DNA of 64,000 bases from Thermomicrobiales bacterium (GTDB lineage: Bacteria; Chloroflexota; Chloroflexia; Thermomicrobiales; UBA6265). The stretch spans positions 3,172 to 67,171 of the forward strand of contig JADYYO010000342.1 of the NCBI GenBank assembly GCA_020853615.1. The letters are read 5' to 3'. A model generated the notes under the pieces. That model did no database searches. It saw only the letters and a program-made list of their open reading frames with translations, and had not been told where the DNA came from. Below, one piece after another: positions 1-9,648 of this stretch (positions are counted from its first letter, which is position 1; each line of letters starts with the position of its first letter). The translations under genes and the position numbers were made by a program.

Positions 1-67
1 GGGCCGGGTCCGTGGCCTGCGTGGTCAGCTCGACGATGTCGCTGCCGGCGCGCCGGGCGGTGCTCAT
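1..67 (-). CDS. hypothetical protein, 5' end only (runs off left edge)
   Basis: ATG (cat 65-67) 10 nt after stop of 78-1055 gene with GAGG upstream; N-term MSTARRAGSDIVELTTQATDP. Confidence 0.4.
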   Translation of the reverse strand, partial: MSTARRAGSDIVELTTQATDPA

Positions 68-77
68 GGGCTAGGCC

Positions 78-1055
78 TCACGGGAGCCAGTCCAGGCCCT
101 GGTAGAACCGGATGAAGTCGATGTCGAACATCGTCGCGCCACCCGCGCCGTTGTTGCACCGGGCCCAGATCGCGACCGCGTTGATGCCCGCGAGGCCCGC
201 GTTCGTGTAGGTGCCCATGTAGATCTTGCCGCCGTCGTCGATGACCCAGGCCGCGTAGTCGGTCGAGTTGAGCTTCTGGAGCGCCAGGTACCCCGAGTAG
301 AACGCATAGTCGCTCCGGTTCGTCGTCGTCGCGTTCTGCCGCGTGCCCTCGCTGTTGTTGACGATCGTCGCGCCGTTGCGCCCCCAGAACAAGGGCTTGA
401 TCACGTTCGCGACCGCGCCCTCCTGCGTGTTGTTGAGGTTGATCGTCGCGTGCTTCGCGAAGCTGAAACCCGCGCCCGTGTCCTCGAAGAACGAGAGCCC
501 GATGTCGCTGTCGGCGGCCGCGGGCGCGGTCGCATTCTTCCAGCTGAAGCGGAACCGGCACCACGCGAGCAGCGCCGCGGGCGTCGCGCCGCCGAACGCG
601 GCGCTGTCGATCCGCTGCCAGATCCCGCCGAGACCTGCGGCGGGCTGCATCCGGAGCCACGTGTTCTGCGTGAGCGCGGCCGCGCTCGAGTTGTCCGGGT
701 CGCGCAGGTTCTCCCACGACGCGCGGTTCGTGACGATCGGGTTGACGTAGGGCGCCGGCCGGGTCGTGAAGTCCAGCGCGGTGAAGCCGGTCTGGAGCCA
801 GCTCGCGCTCAGCGCGTTCGTGTTGAACTCGTCGTCCGCGGCGTGCGGCGTGATCCGGGGCGCCCAGAGCTCGTTGAGCGTCGGCACCGGCGTGAGCTGC
901 GAGACCGTGCCGCCGCCGCCCATCGCAAAGAGCTGCGCGGTGCCGTTGACGCTTTTCGCGTAGAGCTGCGCCTGGCCCGCGACGACGCCGGGGTCGGCGA
1001 CGCGCGCGATCAGCTTGCCCAGCTTCGAGCCGGCCCGACGCAGGATCGAGCTCAT
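78..1055 (-). CDS. virion fibre/receptor-binding-like beta-sandwich protein (lectin/ConA-like?)
   Basis: Real start MSSILRRAGSKLG at 1055 (ATGA overlap with upstream stop). The first 117 codons of the tracked ORF are Arg/Gly junk. Beta-rich N/T/G-rich sequence at the end of the late operon. Confidence 0.65.
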   Translation of the reverse strand: MSSILRRAGSKLGKLIARVADPGVVAGQAQLYAKSVNGTAQLFAMGGGGTVSQLTPVPTLNELWAPRITPHAADDEFNTNALSASWLQTGFTALDFTTRPAPYVNPIVTNRASWENLRDPDNSSAAALTQNTWLRMQPAAGLGGIWQRIDSAAFGGATPAALLAWCRFRFSWKNATAPAAADSDIGLSFFEDTGAGFSFAKHATINLNNTQEGAVANVIKPLFWGRNGATIVNNSEGTRQNATTTNRSDYAFYSGYLALQKLNSTDYAAWVIDDGGKIYMGTYTNAGLAGINAVAIWARCNNGAGGATMFDIDFIRFYQGLDWLP

Positions 1056-1627
1056 GCCTCGTCCTGCACTTGGAGGTACGCCTCGACGTCCGTCGTGATC
1101 GGCGCGAACGCGCCGGTCGTGGTGATCGCGATGTCGAGCAGGTCGCCGGCGGCGTAGGTGTCGATGCCCGGCGCCTGCGTCACCTGCGTACCGCTGCCCG
1201 CGACGCTGGTCGCCGCCAGCGTCCCGGGCGCGCCGTTGACCCGCACGGTCAACGTCACCGAGCCCGCTGTGATGGCCTCGGAGAACCGGCTCACCAGCCC
1301 GACGATCGACCCCGCGCGCACCGCGCGCCAGGTCGCGAACAACTGCGACACGTTGGTCTCGAGCTGCACGTCGCTCTGCGAGGCCGCGACGTCCTGCTGG
1401 GCCCACATCTCGTTGGGCGTGTACCGAGCGCCGCCCAGCGCCATCCAGTCAGTGTCGGCCGCGCCGAACTTGACGTAGACCACGCCGGCGACGTTGTCCA
1501 TCGCCAGCGAGCCCAGGTCGGCCGCGAGCCCGCCGCCGGTGTTCGGCGCGGTCGCGACGCGCCGGACGTCGGCGCCGTCGGTCTTGGACCCGACGCGCAG
1601 ATGCCCGCTCGAGGCGTAGGCGGTCAT
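1052..1627 (-). CDS. fibre-associated beta-rich virion protein
   Basis: Start MTAYASSGHLRVGSK (cat 1625-1627), ATGA overlaps at both ends; only the last 191 aa of tracked ORF 1052-2902 look genuine. Confidence 0.65.
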   Translation of the reverse strand: MTAYASSGHLRVGSKTDGADVRRVATAPNTGGGLAADLGSLAMDNVAGVVYVKFGAADTDWMALGGARYTPNEMWAQQDVAASQSDVQLETNVSQLFATWRAVRAGSIVGLVSRFSEAITAGSVTLTVRVNGAPGTLAATSVAGSGTQVTQAPGIDTYAAGDLLDIAITTTGAFAPITTDVEAYLQVQDEA

Positions 1628-2943
1628 CAGATCCCTCCCTGGTGGAACACGCGGACGAGCTGCTCGGTGTCGGTGATCGGCAGGACCGGCGAGAAGTCGG
1701 TCCACGCGAACGTCCCGGCGTTGCCCAGCGACACGTCGCCCGAGCCGCCGGTGACGTCGGTCGAGCTGTCGGTCGTGACCGAGGCGTTGCGGATGCACTC
1801 GAGGCCGTAGTCGTTGCCGGTGCCGACCACGGTCGTCATGACCACCTCGAAGGAGCCCAGCACGTAGACGCCCGAGCCGGCGTTGTTGGTGCAGCGGACG
1901 CCGGCGATCGACCACGTGCCGAACCGGCACTGGATCGCGGCGCCGGTGCCGTTGCGCACCTCGGCTTGCGTGATCTCGGCCGCGAACTGGGACGTGCCCG
2001 AGCCGCCGCCGAGCGGCGAGCATGTGTCGAGCACGACCTGGTCGACGACCGCCCGGCCGCGCGTGCTGACGATGTTGAGATCGCGCCCGGCGACCTTCTG
2101 CAAGGTCGGGAACGCGCCCTCGAAGATCAGCCCGCCGTCGCGGATGACCGAGCCGTAGACCAGCACCTGCGCGCTGCCGCCGGCGAGGTGGAGCCCGTCG
2201 AGCTGGCACATCGTGAAGTCGACCGGCTGGTGCGCCCAGACCGTGAACGCCGCCGACTTGCTGGCGGCGGTCGACGCGAACGCCAGGCCCCGGAACGACC
2301 AGTCCGCCAGCGCGGCCAGGTGGATCGCGCCGTCGAGCCCCTGGGCCGGGTCGCCGTAGGTGATCGTCGCGCCCGGCGCGTAGGCCGTCGTCGCTGCCGC
2401 GAACGTCGTCGCGCTCGCGACGTAGATCGTGTTCGGCCCGGCGCCCGAGGTGTACCCGTTCTTGACGATCGGGCCCACGCCGCCGTCGACGTCGACCAGG
2501 ATCAGGTCGTCCAGAGCGCCGGGGGTGATCGCCTCGGCGACGGTGATCGTCGTCAGGTTCGTCGCCGGATCGGCGACCTGCGACGTGACCGTGAAGGCCT
2601 GCACGGGGGTCAGGTCGGCGCGGATCTGGACCTGGCGCCGGTTCGGCAGATCGGGCACGACGGGCGCGTTGTAGGTGTTGATCGTGCCGCCAAGGTCGGT
2701 GCCGCCCAGCTGCAGCAGTTCGGCGGCCGCGATCGTCATGCCGGTGACGTCGATGATCGACGGGCGGTTGGTCGCGTAGAGCGGCACCTCGCGCAGCGCG
2801 CGCTCGAGCGTCGCGAACGCGTCGAGCGCGCTCGTGCCGCTGTTGTTGTTGTCGCCGCCCGGCCGCACGTACCACGTGAGCGCGGCCTCGCCCACGGGCC
2901 ACGTGAGCGTGATGAGGCGGTTCGTCGCGAAGTCGCCTTGCAT
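1627..2943 (-). CDS. right-handed beta-helix (pectate-lyase-like) tailspike/fibre protein
   Basis: 438 aa with periodic short G/N/T/V-rich strands (NIVSTRG, VVLDTCS, IQCRFGT, VRCTNNAGSGVYV, IRNASVTT) typical of parallel beta-helix depolymerase spikes. Confidence 0.7.
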   Translation of the reverse strand: MQGDFATNRLITLTWPVGEAALTWYVRPGGDNNNSGTSALDAFATLERALREVPLYATNRPSIIDVTGMTIAAAELLQLGGTDLGGTINTYNAPVVPDLPNRRQVQIRADLTPVQAFTVTSQVADPATNLTTITVAEAITPGALDDLILVDVDGGVGPIVKNGYTSGAGPNTIYVASATTFAAATTAYAPGATITYGDPAQGLDGAIHLAALADWSFRGLAFASTAASKSAAFTVWAHQPVDFTMCQLDGLHLAGGSAQVLVYGSVIRDGGLIFEGAFPTLQKVAGRDLNIVSTRGRAVVDQVVLDTCSPLGGGSGTSQFAAEITQAEVRNGTGAAIQCRFGTWSIAGVRCTNNAGSGVYVLGSFEVVMTTVVGTGNDYGLECIRNASVTTDSSTDVTGGSGDVSLGNAGTFAWTDFSPVLPITDTEQLVRVFHQGGI

Positions 2944-2952
2944 GGAGATCCC

Positions 2953-4839
2953 CTACGGGCCGTTGAAGACGTCGAAGGTGATCACGTCGCCCAGCATGGG
3001 CGCCGTCGTGGTCTCGACGTCGAACGAGGCCGCGATCTTGGACGCGACGGCGATGCCGAACTGCCGGACGACCACGCCCAGCATGGAGCGCACCTGGTAG
3101 GTCGCGTCCGGCTGCGCGACAGGCAGCGTGACGGTGAACGCCTGGCCCTCGACGCCGGTCGCGGTGTACGTGAACGACTGCCAGTTCGTCGGCCCGGCGC
3201 CGACCGTCGCGACGATCGTCCAGTCCGAAACGCCGTCACTGACCAGCAGGAGCGCGCCGTTGGCCGGCACCCGGACCGCGCCGGCGGCGCCGCCGATCGT
3301 GTCGGCGCCGTTCGGCGTCACCGTCGCGACGCCGCCGCCGTGCTCCGAGACCAGGACGAAGCAGCCCGGGCCCGACAGGCCCTGCGCGGCCGCGCCGATC
3401 GCCGGGAGCGGTTGCGCGATCGCGCCGCCGCTCGCGTCGAGCCGCATCCAGAGGTTGAACGTCGCCGAGACCGGCGCCACCGCCGGCGCCAGCAGGTACG
3501 GCGTCGGCACCAGCGACGGCGCGACGTCGAGCCGGGGCGCGTCGATCGTGCCCAGCCAGTTCGGGTAGACGGTGTTGACCGTCGCCAGCGAGCTCGACGC
3601 CCGCTGCAGCGTCGCGCCGACCGCGCCCACCACCGCGGCCGGCACGGCGATCGCGCTCGCGCCCTCGGTACCGATGAAGACGGTCGCGCCTGCCGGCGCG
3701 TCGATCACCGGCCCGGCGACGAGCGCGCTCGCGCCGATCTGCGACGTCTCGTAGAGCTCGAAGACGACCGTGTCGCCCGGGCCCAGCGCCGCCAGGCCGA
3801 AGAACGGCTGGCCGCCGGTGACCGTCTCGAGGACGGCCCCGTGGAGCGTCACGATGCCGCCGTTCAGCAGGTCGATCACCGCTGGCGCCGTCGTGTTGAG
3901 GTTGGTGACCTGCAGGTAGCCCTGGAAGCGGCGCAGCCCGGCGAACGACGAGCCCTCGGCCAGCTCGACGAACGCGCCGAACCCGTCGGCGCGGCCCTCC
4001 CACGTCACGCCGGTCATGTTGTACGCGCCGGCGGGCACCACCGCTGGCGAGACGAACTGGTCGTCGAACTGGATCGTGTAGCAGCCGCCGCCGCTGGCGT
4101 CGGCGCGCAAGAGGCCCAGCGCCGTGATCAGGTCCGCCCACGTGTCGAACGTGCCCGGCCCGGCGCTGCCGCCGCCCGGCTGGTAGATCAGGCAGTTCGA
4201 GATGCCGGGCGTGCCGCCGCCACCGCCGCCACCGCCGGCGTCGTTGACCGCGCCCACGGCCGCCGTCGCGGTGAACGGGATGACCGCCTTGCGGCCGCTC
4301 ACGCGGACCCGCATGAAGTTGGCCGTGACGACCGCGCTCTGCTGGCCGCCGTAGTTGGCGAACGCGACGACCGGCGCGTACGCCACGCCGTCCTCGGACG
4401 CCTCGATCGTCAGCGTCACGCCCAGGAACGAGCCTGCCGTGATGAACGTGCAGTAGGAGCCCAGCGCGCTGACGTCGACGGCCGCGCCGACGCCGTTGTT
4501 GGCCGGCATCGGCAGCGCCGCGAACTGCGCGCCGATGTCGCTAGCGCCGACGTCGGCGTTGGCGGTGAACGTGACCGCGCTCTTGCGGCCCTCGACGTTC
4601 ACGCGCATGTAGCGCGCCGCCACCTCGAGCAGCCGGCGCTGGTCGCCGTTCTGGAACGTCGTCACCGGCGCGAAGCCGGTCGCGCCGCCGGCGTCCTGCG
4701 AGATCTCGATCGTGATCGTCGCGCCGGGGAAGTCGCCGCGCACCACCACGGTCTTGTCGCGGCCCATGCCGCTCACGTCCACGGCGGCGCCCGGCCCGTT
4801 GGCGACGGGCATCGGCAGGTCGGCGAACAGGTTGGCCAT
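2953..4839 (-). CDS. large fibre/spike protein with duplicated N-terminal domain
   Basis: Start MANLFADLPMP (cat 4837-4839); two ~98-aa homologous repeats, G8 linker, ~420-aa beta-rich C-terminal domain. Confidence 0.75.
   Translation of the reverse strand: MANLFADLPMPVANGPGAAVDVSGMGRDKTVVVRGDFPGATITIEISQDAGGATGFAPVTTFQNGDQRRLLEVAARYMRVNVEGRKSAVTFTANADVGASDIGAQFAALPMPANNGVGAAVDVSALGSYCTFITAGSFLGVTLTIEASEDGVAYAPVVAFANYGGQQSAVVTANFMRVRVSGRKAVIPFTATAAVGAVNDAGGGGGGGGTPGISNCLIYQPGGGSAGPGTFDTWADLITALGLLRADASGGGCYTIQFDDQFVSPAVVPAGAYNMTGVTWEGRADGFGAFVELAEGSSFAGLRRFQGYLQVTNLNTTAPAVIDLLNGGIVTLHGAVLETVTGGQPFFGLAALGPGDTVVFELYETSQIGASALVAGPVIDAPAGATVFIGTEGASAIAVPAAVVGAVGATLQRASSSLATVNTVYPNWLGTIDAPRLDVAPSLVPTPYLLAPAVAPVSATFNLWMRLDASGGAIAQPLPAIGAAAQGLSGPGCFVLVSEHGGGVATVTPNGADTIGGAAGAVRVPANGALLLVSDGVSDWTIVATVGAGPTNWQSFTYTATGVEGQAFTVTLPVAQPDATYQVRSMLGVVVRQFGIAVASKIAASFDVETTTAPMLGDVITFDVFNGP
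4246..4836 (-). repeat. in-frame tandem duplication of a ~98-aa domain (aa 2-99 / 101-198)
   Basis: FADLPMPVANGPGAAVDVS...YMRVNVEGRKSAVTFTANADVGA versus FAALPMPANNGVGAAVDVS...FMRVRVSGRKAVIPFTATAAVGA. Confidence 0.85.
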
Positions 4840-4843
4840 CGGG

Positions 4844-5161
4844 CTATCGCTTCTTCCGGTTCCGGCGGAGGATCGCACCGCCGACGAGCAACGCGACGCC
4901 GCCGAGCACGTACGGCAGCGCCCCGCGGCAGCAGCCGCCGGCCTGCGCGGTCAGGATCGCGCGGTTCTGGATCAGGTCGCCGCGGAACTGCATCGCCATC
5001 ATCTTGGGCGTCGCGATGACGTTGCCGGACTTGTCGACCGCGCCCAGCGACGCGCACGGCCGCCCCTGGGCGCAGGGCGCGCAGCACGCGCCCAACGACT
5101 CCTCCATCTGGCCGCGGGGTCCGACGTAGAGCCGGGCGCCCGGCGCGAGCATGTACGGCAT
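4844..5161 (-). CDS. small Cys-rich tail-anchored membrane protein
   Basis: Start MPYMLAPGARLY (ATGA overlap at 5161); ends GGCCRGALPYVLGGVALLVGGAILRRNRKKR. Confidence 0.65.
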   Translation of the reverse strand: MPYMLAPGARLYVGPRGQMEESLGACCAPCAQGRPCASLGAVDKSGNVIATPKMMAMQFRGDLIQNRAILTAQAGGCCRGALPYVLGGVALLVGGAILRRNRKKR

Positions 5162-6258
5162 CAGCGTGCTCCCTTCCGGCCGCGGGGCCGCGGGTTCGAC
5201 GTCGCCGCCTCGGCGCTGACGCGCCGCAGGTCGCGCACCAGCCGGTTCAGCGTCTGCGCGGCCGCGTTGGTGATCACGCGGCGGCGGTTGAGCGACGCGA
5301 TCCGCTCCTGGATCTCGGCGAAGTCGTGCGCGCCCTTGATCGCCTCGAGCATGTGCTCGGTGAGGCCGTTGGCGAGGCCCCGCCGGTTCTGGGCGTGGAC
5401 CTCGTCCTGCATCGCCACCATCTGGGCGTTCGTGAAGCCCGCGGGGTTGGCCATCGACCGCGGCGACCAGTCGACGCGCCACGCGTCCCGATCGTCGTCG
5501 GGCGAGGCGTCCAGCCATGCCTGGAAATGGATCCGCTTGAGCGGGAACGGCTTGTGGTTGTCGGTCCACGCGACGCCGGTGCCGAGCGCCTGCATCGCGA
5601 GCGCGTGCCCGAACAGGTCCGCGAGCCGGCTGGACGGCTTGCGCCCGTCGGCCTGGGCGGCCGTGCGGAACAGATCGGCGATCGGCTTGTCGTTGGCCTG
5701 CTCGTAGAGCTCGATCAGCGCCTGGCCGGCCTCAAGCGCCGAGCGCGGCGTCTCGCCGGCGGCGTCGTTCCAGTCGCCGCCGCCCGGCGCCAGCTCGCGC
5801 TGCTGGGCCTTGGGGAGCCCCTCGACCCAGTCGGCGAACGACGTCACCCAGATCGCCCGGGCCATGCCGTCCTTGATGTCGTCGTCGAAGTCGTCGGGGT
5901 TGTGGCGGGTCATCGGCTTGTTGCCCTTCCGGCGGGGATTGTCCTCGAGACGATCGCGCTCCATCTGCGGGCGCCAGTGCTTGATGTAGGCCAGCGCCCG
6001 GTCGCCCCATCCGCGCTGGTAGGACGCCCATGCCTTGTCGGGATCAAGCCCCTCGAAGTCGCCTTGATCGGCGATCCACCGCGCCTTCGTCGCTGGCGCC
6101 TTGACGTCGTAGGTCTGATCGAGGATGTCGTCCAGGAGCTGCGCGTCGGTGTAGCCAGGATGCTCGCGGAGCGCCTCACGCACGTCGTCCATATCGAAGA
6201 CGTTTTCTGCGTCGCGGACGCCGTCCTGATAGAAATGGTGGAGCGTGAGGCGGGCCAT
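5161..6258 (-). CDS. hypothetical virion-module protein (365 aa)
   Basis: Full tracked ORF with normal composition (W/D/E/K-rich, helical); C-terminus ...ATSNPRPRGRKGAR. Confidence 0.75.
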   Translation of the reverse strand: MARLTLHHFYQDGVRDAENVFDMDDVREALREHPGYTDAQLLDDILDQTYDVKAPATKARWIADQGDFEGLDPDKAWASYQRGWGDRALAYIKHWRPQMERDRLEDNPRRKGNKPMTRHNPDDFDDDIKDGMARAIWVTSFADWVEGLPKAQQRELAPGGGDWNDAAGETPRSALEAGQALIELYEQANDKPIADLFRTAAQADGRKPSSRLADLFGHALAMQALGTGVAWTDNHKPFPLKRIHFQAWLDASPDDDRDAWRVDWSPRSMANPAGFTNAQMVAMQDEVHAQNRRGLANGLTEHMLEAIKGAHDFAEIQERIASLNRRRVITNAAAQTLNRLVRDLRRVSAEAATSNPRPRGRKGAR

Positions 6259-6262
6259 GCTG

Positions 6263-6901
6263 CTAGCGCGCGAAGACGAGCGCGCCCCCCTGCCCGACCG
6301 GGCGGATCACGTTGTTCTCGATCACCACGTGGAAGTCGCAGATGTTGCCGAGGCGCTCGCGGTAGCGCGGGTCGATCTCCCACGTGCAGCGGAACGGCGT
6401 CGACACCGACAGCCGACCGCCGACGCCGGCCGGGAAGGCCTGCGCCATCTGCGCGTGCGTCCAGCCCGGGAACGCGGGCACGAACGGGCCCGGCTCGTAC
6501 GCCATCTGCTTCTGATCGGCGGTGACCCGGAGCGCGTTGCGCTCCGCGAACTCGCGCGCGAGGCAGTGCGGGCACAGCAGGTGGAGGTACATCGGCTGAT
6601 CGGGGAGCTGGTAGACGTCGATCTCGACGATCATCTCCTGCCCGCCGATCGCGTACAGGCACTTCGGGTGCCCGGCCGCGCTCTGGTTGAGCCGGTAGCC
6701 CGGCGCGACGCCGCGCGCGCTGCCACCGGTGGGGTCGGCGGCGTCGCCGGCGACGTGGAACGTCTCCTTGTAGCTGTCGGAAGGCTGCATGCGATCGACG
6801 GTACACCCGCGGGCGGACGCACGCACGGCGACGGCCGCGAGGGCCCAGGCGCTTGCCAGGGCCAGCAGCACGATCGTCACGAGGTGCGGACGCGCGGGCA
6901 T
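6263..6901 (-). CDS. secreted protein with N-terminal signal peptide
   Basis: MPARPHLVTIVLLALASAWALAAVAVRASARGC...; CPHC motif; 4-nt gap to the upstream gene. Confidence 0.75.
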   Translation of the reverse strand: MPARPHLVTIVLLALASAWALAAVAVRASARGCTVDRMQPSDSYKETFHVAGDAADPTGGSARGVAPGYRLNQSAAGHPKCLYAIGGQEMIVEIDVYQLPDQPMYLHLLCPHCLAREFAERNALRVTADQKQMAYEPGPFVPAFPGWTHAQMAQAFPAGVGGRLSVSTPFRCTWEIDPRYRERLGNICDFHVVIENNVIRPVGQGGALVFAR

Positions 6902-6909
6902 GGACGAGC

Positions 6910-7245
6910 TCAGCGGCGGCGGCGAGCCGGGTTCTTGCGCTTGCGCAGGAGCAGCGCGCCGGCGACGACCGCGACGCCGCCGACCGCGACGGGGACCACC
7001 CAGCCCGGCATGCCGCCGCGCTGCTGCAGCGCCGCCTGCTGCTGCGCCGCGATCTGCTGGTAGGCCTGCGCCTGGCCGGCCGACTGCTGGCCGGACGAGT
7101 ACACCGAGACGGCCGCCTTCGCGCCCGACTTGATGAAATCGCCGATCTTGTCCAGCACGCCGTCCAGCCCGGTGGGCGTGGGGCCGCCGTAGCCGCGCCG
7201 GGCGATCAGCTCGGTGGGGCCGTTGGTGGGTTGGAAGTAGGACAT
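6910..7245 (-). CDS. tail-anchored membrane protein with NPARRRR terminus
   Basis: Start MSYFQPTNGP (cat 7243-7245); Gln-rich middle; ends VAVGGVAVVAGALLLRKRKNPARRRR. Confidence 0.7.
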   Translation of the reverse strand: MSYFQPTNGPTELIARRGYGGPTPTGLDGVLDKIGDFIKSGAKAAVSVYSSGQQSAGQAQAYQQIAAQQQAALQQRGGMPGWVVPVAVGGVAVVAGALLLRKRKNPARRRR

Positions 7246-7261
7246 GGCCGAGCTCCTTCGA

Positions 7262-7825
7262 TCAGCGCTTGCGCTTGGTGATGGTGCGGTACAGCACGAC
7301 GCCGCCGGCGGCGGCGCCCGCCCAGATCCACCACGGCAGCTTCTTCGGTGCCGGGGCGGCGGGTTCGGCGCTGGCCTTCGTCGGGATCTCGTCGATCTCG
7401 TCGTAGAACCCGCCGCCGCCACCGCCGCCACCGCCGCCCGAGGCGGGACGCCCGGGCTGGGGCGCGACCGTGCCCGGCGTGACGCTGGTCGACGTCGACA
7501 GCGCCGGGCGGCCGGGCTGCGCCTTGACCGGCGTCAGGGTCTGGAGCGGCGGGAGCGTCGTCAGCCGAGGCGGCTTGGGCGCCGGGAGCGCGGGCATCCC
7601 GCGCGGCCGGGGCACCGGGAACGCGACGGTCACGAGCGTCCGCGGCCCCGTGCCCGAGCCGCCGCTGGCGCCCGAGCCCGAGTCCTGGCCCGGTCCGCCC
7701 TGGTTGATCGCGCCGAGCGCGCGCCGGCCGCGCAGCATCGGCGCCGGCGCCGAACGCGGGGCGGGTGCGTGCGCGGCGATCGCGCCAGCGCCCTGGGTGC
7801 GATCGAGGAAGTAGTCCTGGCTCAT
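7262..7825 (-). CDS. Pro/Gly-rich tail-anchored membrane protein
   Basis: Start MSQDYFLDRTQ (cat 7823-7825, ATGA overlap); G10 tract; ends LPWWIWAGAAAGGVVLYRTITKRKR. Confidence 0.65.
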   Translation of the reverse strand: MSQDYFLDRTQGAGAIAAHAPAPRSAPAPMLRGRRALGAINQGGPGQDSGSGASGGSGTGPRTLVTVAFPVPRPRGMPALPAPKPPRLTTLPPLQTLTPVKAQPGRPALSTSTSVTPGTVAPQPGRPASGGGGGGGGGGFYDEIDEIPTKASAEPAAPAPKKLPWWIWAGAAAGGVVLYRTITKRKR

Positions 7826-8160
7826 GCGCTCCTCCGTCGACGGCCGCTGGCGTAGCCCAGGGCGAACAGGCCGACCACGACCGCGGCGGCGCCGACGGGC
7901 ACGACCCACGGCCGCTCCCGCACCCAGACGACGGCCTCGAGCGGCTTGACCGCCGAGCACAGCCCGATGCCCTTGGTGGGCGGCTTGGGCGGCGCCGGCG
8001 GCTGGCCCGGCCGGGCGGGCGCCTGCCCGCGCTGCTCCGCGGCGTGCAGGCGCAGCACGAGCGTCGCGACGCGATCGAGGCACGGATCGGTGACGATCGC
8101 GTTGGTCGCGCTCAGGACGTCGGCGATGCCGCTCATCGGCTGGTGGGTGACGTAGGGCAT
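7822..8160 (-). CDS. tail-anchored membrane protein
   Basis: Start MPYVTHQPMSG (cat 8158-8160); ends PWVVPVGAAAVVVGLFALGYASGRRRRSA. Confidence 0.65.
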   Translation of the reverse strand: MPYVTHQPMSGIADVLSATNAIVTDPCLDRVATLVLRLHAAEQRGQAPARPGQPPAPPKPPTKGIGLCSAVKPLEAVVWVRERPWVVPVGAAAVVVGLFALGYASGRRRRSA

Positions 8161-8288
8161 GGGCTGGTAGGCAGGGGCGCGGGCCGCTCGAGGCACCCGG
8201 CGACGATGAAGCGTTGGCAGCTCTCCCGTTCTGTTCAACGACCCGGCGTCGGCCGGTTGCCTCCAGGGGCCCCCGCGGGGGTCACGGT

Positions 8289-8978
8289 TCAGGGGAGGGC
8301 CTTCTTGGGCTTGAGCGCGCCGGTCAGGCGCTCGCGGGCGCCCAGCTTGTCCCAGACGAACCAGCCCACGGCGACGACGCCGCCGATCTTGAGCCAGAAC
8401 CCCGAGTCCGTACACTTGCCGCTCTTGATGCACTCGTAGTGCTCGCGCTCCTCGGCGGTCTGGGCGCGCGACCGGATCAGCGTCGTCAGCACGAGCGCGA
8501 TCGCGCCGACGACGATGACGGCCGGCCAGAGCCAGACGAAGCCGACGTCCTGGGGCTGCGTCGCCTCGCCGGGCAGGCGCCCGCTGATCGCGATCTGCGC
8601 CAGCTTGACCGCGGCCTCGGGATCCCGGCGGAGGTCCGGAGCCGGCAGTTGGCGGGCGTCGAAGACTTCGCCCAGGAGCTGGTAGAGGTGCTCGGCCAGC
8701 GGCTGCTCGTCGGCCATGCGCTCGCGCTGGAGCTTCGTGCGGAGCACCGGCGCCGGCGGCGCCACCGCGCCCGGCCGGCGCAGGAGCGCGTCGGGCACGG
8801 GCTGGCCGCTGGCGACGCGATCATTGATCCGCCGGTAGCGCAGCCACCGCTCGAGCCCGCGCCGCATCTGCTGGAGCTCGACGCGGGCGCGCTGCGCCTG
8901 CGCCGGCGTGACCGGGGTGGTCGCGTCGGCCGGGACGTCGAGTCCCATGGCGTAGGAGGGGGCCGCGTAGATCGACAT
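8289..8978 (-). CDS. two-TM membrane protein
   Basis: Start MSIYAAPSYAMG (cat 8976-8978); helices VGFVWLWPAVIVVGAIALVLTTLI and FWLKIGGVVAVGWFVW. Confidence 0.7.
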   Translation of the reverse strand: MSIYAAPSYAMGLDVPADATTPVTPAQAQRARVELQQMRRGLERWLRYRRINDRVASGQPVPDALLRRPGAVAPPAPVLRTKLQRERMADEQPLAEHLYQLLGEVFDARQLPAPDLRRDPEAAVKLAQIAISGRLPGEATQPQDVGFVWLWPAVIVVGAIALVLTTLIRSRAQTAEEREHYECIKSGKCTDSGFWLKIGGVVAVGWFVWDKLGARERLTGALKPKKALP

Positions 8979-9009
8979 GGCGAAGGCCTTGCTCGCGCGA
9001 ACGCGCGGG

Positions 9010-9648
9010 CTACAGGTTGACGATCTTGTAGCCGGGGAAGCCGACCCAGAGGACGCCGGCGGTGGTGGCCACCTCCTCGCCGCCGCCCGGGTTGAAGACG
9101 ATCCGCTCAAAGGTCGGCGTGAACCGCACGACCGAGTTGGGCGCGAACAGCGTCGGCACCGGCAGCGGAATCGCGTTGTCGGGCCGAGACAGGATCGGCG
9201 CGACCGGCGCGTTCTGGAACTCGCGCTGCGAGCCACCGTCGGTCACCTCGTAGCTGATGTCGATCAGGTCGGTGCCGAGCTCCTGGGTCGGCAGCGGCCA
9301 CGTCGAGACCGGCCGCCACGCGCCGAAGTTGGTCGCGTTCTCGGGCTCGGTCGGACGCCAGATCGCCATCGGGTAGTGCGTCGCGATGAACGGGCCGTCC
9401 TGCGAGATCTCGAAGCGCATCGCGGTGGCGCGCGTGCCGGCCACGTCATCGTTGAACGGGAGCACGGCGCAGAGCGTGTAGAAGATCCGCCGGCCCGGGA
9501 TCGAGTCGATCTGCTGCGTGATCGACTGGGGCTGGTTCTGCAGCGCGCTCACCAGCTCGTTGTAGCGAGCGGCGATCTGCGCCATCTGCTGCTGCTGCAC
9601 CTTCTGGCGCTGCAGCAACTGGCGGACGACAACTTCGACGTTGGCCAT
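9010..9648 (-). CDS. beta-rich virion protein, capsid candidate (N-terminal Gln-rich coiled coil)
   Basis: Start MANVEVVVRQLL (cat 9646-9648); strand-patterned sequence, no TM segment; adjacent to a second beta-rich protein. Confidence 0.75.
   Translation of the reverse strand: MANVEVVVRQLLQRQKVQQQQMAQIAARYNELVSALQNQPQSITQQIDSIPGRRIFYTLCAVLPFNDDVAGTRATAMRFEISQDGPFIATHYPMAIWRPTEPENATNFGAWRPVSTWPLPTQELGTDLIDISYEVTDGGSQREFQNAPVAPILSRPDNAIPLPVPTLFAPNSVVRFTPTFERIVFNPGGGEEVATTAGVLWVGFPGYKIVNL

Noticed and set aside
1642-5019. 1125-aa plus-strand ORF (and similar giants: 36598-39522 minus, 36777-39377 plus, 41252-43324 plus, 47378-49561 minus, 12670-14937 minus upstream part, 14280-15974 upstream part)
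   Set aside because: The translations are Arg/Gly/Asp/Pro/Ala low-complexity strings typical of wrong-frame or antisense reading of ~70% GC DNA. Each overlaps genes on the other strand or frame that have normal composition, G/C-rich third positions and coupled start/stop junctions.
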